Positions 61,803 to 64,000 of a stretch of 64,000 nucleotides of DNA are shown here, one piece after another (the first letter of the stretch is position 1; each line of letters starts with the position of its first letter). The stretch spans positions 45,949 through 109,948 of the forward strand of contig JADJYH010000014.1 in NCBI GenBank assembly GCA_016719855.1, in the 5' to 3' direction. The notes under the pieces are model-generated. The model ran no database searches and was not told the origin of the DNA. It saw nothing but the letters and a program-made list of their open reading frames with translations. A program made the translations under genes and the position numbers. This DNA is from Saprospiraceae bacterium. GTDB lineage: Bacteria > Bacteroidota > Bacteroidia > Chitinophagales > Saprospiraceae.

Positions 61803-62175
61803 AGGCAGTTGCGTCAAGCAAGGTATCCAATTCGGATTTGTCACTCAATTCAACCTTGATAATCCAACCAGTACCGTAAGGGTCTGAGTTGACAAGCGTT
61901 GGGTCATCACCTCCGTTCTCGTCAATCGCTGAATTGAATTCAATGACTTTGCCCGAGACAGGCATAAACAAGTCTGATGTAGTTTTCACCGCCTCCACTG
62001 TTCCGAAAATGTCCTCTTTGGCCAAAGTTTCGCCAACAGTTTCAACTTCTACATAAACGATTTCGCCAAGCTCACCTTGGGCGAAATCTGTGATGCCTAT
62101 TACGGCAATATTTCCACCTTCAACACGTATCCATTCGTGGTCTTTGGTGTATTTTAAGTCTACTGGTAGGTTCAT
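61783..62175 (-). CDS. gcvH: glycine cleavage system protein H
   Basis: 130 aa. [12 protein letters not shown] and the lipoyl-lysine motif [10 protein letters not shown]. Confidence 0.93.
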   Translation of the reverse strand: MNLPVDLKYTKDHEWIRVEGGNIAVIGITDFAQGELGEIVYVEVETVGETLAKEDIFGTVEAVKTTSDLFMPVSGKVIEFNSAIDENGGDDPTLVNSDPYGTGWIIKVELSDKSELDTLLDATAYGELVG

Positions 62176-62524
62176 AAAAATTTAGCTATGTTTTGTAAAA
62201 TATTTTCTAACAAAATGAAGATTTTTGTAAAATGCCTTTTCAAAAATATCCATTGCATTTCGCTTTCCAAAAATGCATTGGACTGTATTCGGTAACATTT
62301 CCTAAAAAGTCAGAAAAGCCAAGAAATTCCGAAGTGAATTGAAATGATTGGCCTCCTAATCCTTCAAAATTTGTCTGCTTTTTGAGGCGCCCAAATGTAG
62401 GGTATTTCTGAAAACTAAAAATGCAAATCAATGAAAAATTAAAAAGACAGGGGCGAAGTCACATTGCTCGAAAAGGAAGCACTATCAATCTTAAAGGGCT
62501 AACTTTTCCGATGACCTACTACCT

Positions 62525-62564
62525 AAAAAAAACCGGGCTTGCGCAAAAATGCTTGCAAGCCCGG
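62525..62564 (-). terminator. strong minus-strand intrinsic terminator with no annotated upstream gene
   Basis: The 12-bp stem ccgggcttgcgc / gcgcaagcccgg (minus-strand sense) is followed by T8 on the minus strand (A8 at 62525-62532 on the plus strand). Confidence 0.65.
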
Positions 62565-62892
62565 CGAAAACACGCTCTCTCTAATTTTTATCGTGCTAAG
62601 ATAATGCTTTTTGTAAAAACCAAATCATCTGCAGTTGTTTTTATAAAAAAAATCCTGGGAAAATTTCGTTTGAAACTACATCGAGTTGATTATCAGCGAC
62701 TTTCGAACGCCGTTATTGCCGTTGCTAAGATAGCCCCAGTAAGACTCAGCCCAAGTTTACAGCAAATGCAGATAGACGGATTCAGTAATGATTTTCGCAT
62801 ACTTTAACCGAACTGTCAAAGTTGATGATTGGGAAGAAGAAATATTTTTTAAATGTCTTTGGTCTACGGTTTTGCAAAAAAGGAAAAAGGAC

Positions 62893-62900
62893 TATCTTTG
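62893..62900 (+). promoter_or_regulatory. Bacteroidota-type -7 promoter box (TATCTTTG)
   Basis: Matches TAnnTTTG, 33 nt upstream of the rpmE ATG. Confidence 0.4.
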
Positions 62901-62932
62901 CCCGCTAATTTAAAAATCGAAATAAATCTGAC

Positions 62933-63205
62933 ATGAAAAGTGATATCCATCCAAAGAATTACCGCAAAGTTGTGTTCAAGGATTTCTCCTGTGATGAATC
63001 TTGGATTACCTACTCTTGCGCCCATACCAAGGACATGATAACTTGGGAAGATGGCAACGAATACCCGCTCGTGAAGTTGGAAATCTCAGCTGCCTCGCAC
63101 CCGTTCTTTACCGGCAAAATGAAATTTGTTGACACGGCAGGACGTATCGACAAGTTCAAAAAGCGTTTTGCGAATACGAAATTCAACAAACCTGAAGCTG
63201 AATAA
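62933..63205 (+). CDS. rpmE: 50S ribosomal protein L31 (type B, lacking the CxxC zinc motif)
   Basis: [10 protein letters not shown]...[28 protein letters not shown]. Confidence 0.92.
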   Translation: MKSDIHPKNYRKVVFKDFSCDESWITYSCAHTKDMITWEDGNEYPLVKLEISAASHPFFTGKMKFVDTAGRIDKFKKRFANTKFNKPEAE

Positions 63206-63233
63206 TTCGTGTACCGCATTCTTCAACTAAAAA

Positions 63234-63261
63234 AGCCTCAACCATCGTTGAGGCTTTTTTT
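63234..63261 (+). terminator. intrinsic terminator of rpmE
   Basis: agcctcaac-catc-gttgaggct followed by a run of 7 T. Confidence 0.85.
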
Positions 63262-63342
63262 GTAATATTGCCTCGCCTAGCAAATGCTAGAAAAATATGG
63301 GCATACTGAACTAAGCCGCCTGCCGACCCAAGCTTATTTTTG

Positions 63343-64000
63343 ATGAAAAATCTCATTCTTTTCGACAACGAAACCAGGGACCACCTGCTCCCTTTCACTT
63401 TCACACGCCCAGTTTGCGAAATTAGGCTAGGGGCAATGACCAATCGGGAACGTTGGGAAAAATGGATGAACGGCAAGGCATCGTACATCACCCAAGACTA
63501 CCTTTCCGAACGCTACGACATCATCATTTCCGAAGTCAACTACCTCATAAACGGCTCGGTGTTACCAACGCACGAAATCGTTTCGTTGATTTCGCAGATG
63601 GAAAATGGAGGCGCTATGCTACTTGATGGAGAGCTGGTAGCAGCCGTGCTCGACCGAGACCAGTTCAACCGCTTAATGTACGACGACATTGATGACCTCA
63701 ACAGCTTTGAAATAAAGGAAGCCCCAGTCCTGAAAATGAACCGGCTCTGGGACATTTTCCTGTTGAACGAAAAGGCAATCGTTTCGGATTTCAAATTGCT
63801 CACCGCAGGAAGGACATCCCAGCCCATCAGTAATACAAATCAAATCATCGGCGAAGGCTCAATTTTCTTGGAGCCAGGGGCAAGGGTGGAGGGTGCCACT
63901 TTGAATGCTACCAAAGGCCCAATCTACATCGGCAAGGATGCGGAAGTCATGGAAGGCGCACTCATCCGAGGGCCTTTTTCGCTTGGTGAAGAGGGCGTGG
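63343..64000 (+). CDS. putative sugar nucleotidyltransferase (GlmU-like, left-handed beta-helix C-terminal part), 3' end outside the window
   Basis: ATG at 63343. MKNLILFDNETRDHLLPFTFTRPVCEIRLGAMT..., later hexapeptide-like GEGSIFLEPGARVEGATLNATKGPIYIGKDAEVMEGALIRGP. Open to the window end, so absent from the ORF track. Confidence 0.75.
   Translation, partial: MKNLILFDNETRDHLLPFTFTRPVCEIRLGAMTNRERWEKWMNGKASYITQDYLSERYDIIISEVNYLINGSVLPTHEIVSLISQMENGGAMLLDGELVAAVLDRDQFNRLMYDDIDDLNSFEIKEAPVLKMNRLWDIFLLNEKAIVSDFKLLTAGRTSQPISNTNQIIGEGSIFLEPGARVEGATLNATKGPIYIGKDAEVMEGALIRGPFSLGEEGV

Noticed and set aside
62421-62807. A 128-aa plus-strand ORF in the gcvH-rpmE gap.
   Set aside because: It has a Lys/Arg-rich, low-complexity translation and runs through a strong minus-strand terminator hairpin. 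It has no start context or motif.
63335-63342. TATTTTTG, matching the -7 promoter consensus, lies directly abutting the ATG at 63343.
   Set aside because: It is too close to the start codon to serve as the promoter of this gene unless the mRNA is leaderless. It was not called.

Overview
This 64-kb chromosomal window looks like a Bacteroidota genome. Supporting signs are T9SS C-terminal sorting domains, SprB-type repeats, TAnnTTTG -7 promoter boxes and a b558-type SdhC. It holds about 50 protein genes, mostly housekeeping or envelope functions: two S9 peptidases, a LolA-like/FtsX/ABC export cluster, mutS, a GH65 phosphorylase, sdhCAB, pepD, a roughly 2000-aa T9SS adhesin, an lptD-like gene, an amidase-SPOR gene, mlaD, engB, pyrF, mnmH-selD, a cobalamin riboswitch-TonB receptor-DUF4465 locus, nth, cutC, tonB, gcvH and rpmE. 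I saw no rRNA, tRNA, CRISPR array, intact transposase or integrase. Four things stand out. (1) The last ~80 nt of mutS occur in five direct, frame-preserving copies (12417-16037). They delimit small, compositionally foreign cassettes carrying conflict-type genes: an Rx4H HEPN-like protein, a CbrC-family protein and small membrane proteins. An effector-associated-domain-like gene follows. This looks like a cassette-accretion hotspot at the mutS 3' end, with perfect palindromes at the junctions and no recombinase in the window. (2) A family of intergenic hairpins has arms that are themselves tandem 7-14-nt repeats. One fills the sdhA-sdhB spacer and one is inserted into the cobalamin riboswitch. 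(3) An uninterrupted 1126-nt poly(A) run (31271-32396) is almost certainly an artefact or a rendered gap. (4) About 16 genes are interrupted by single-base indels at short homopolymers, which points to sequence-quality problems rather than true pseudogenes. All product calls come from motif recognition by eye; no database search was possible.
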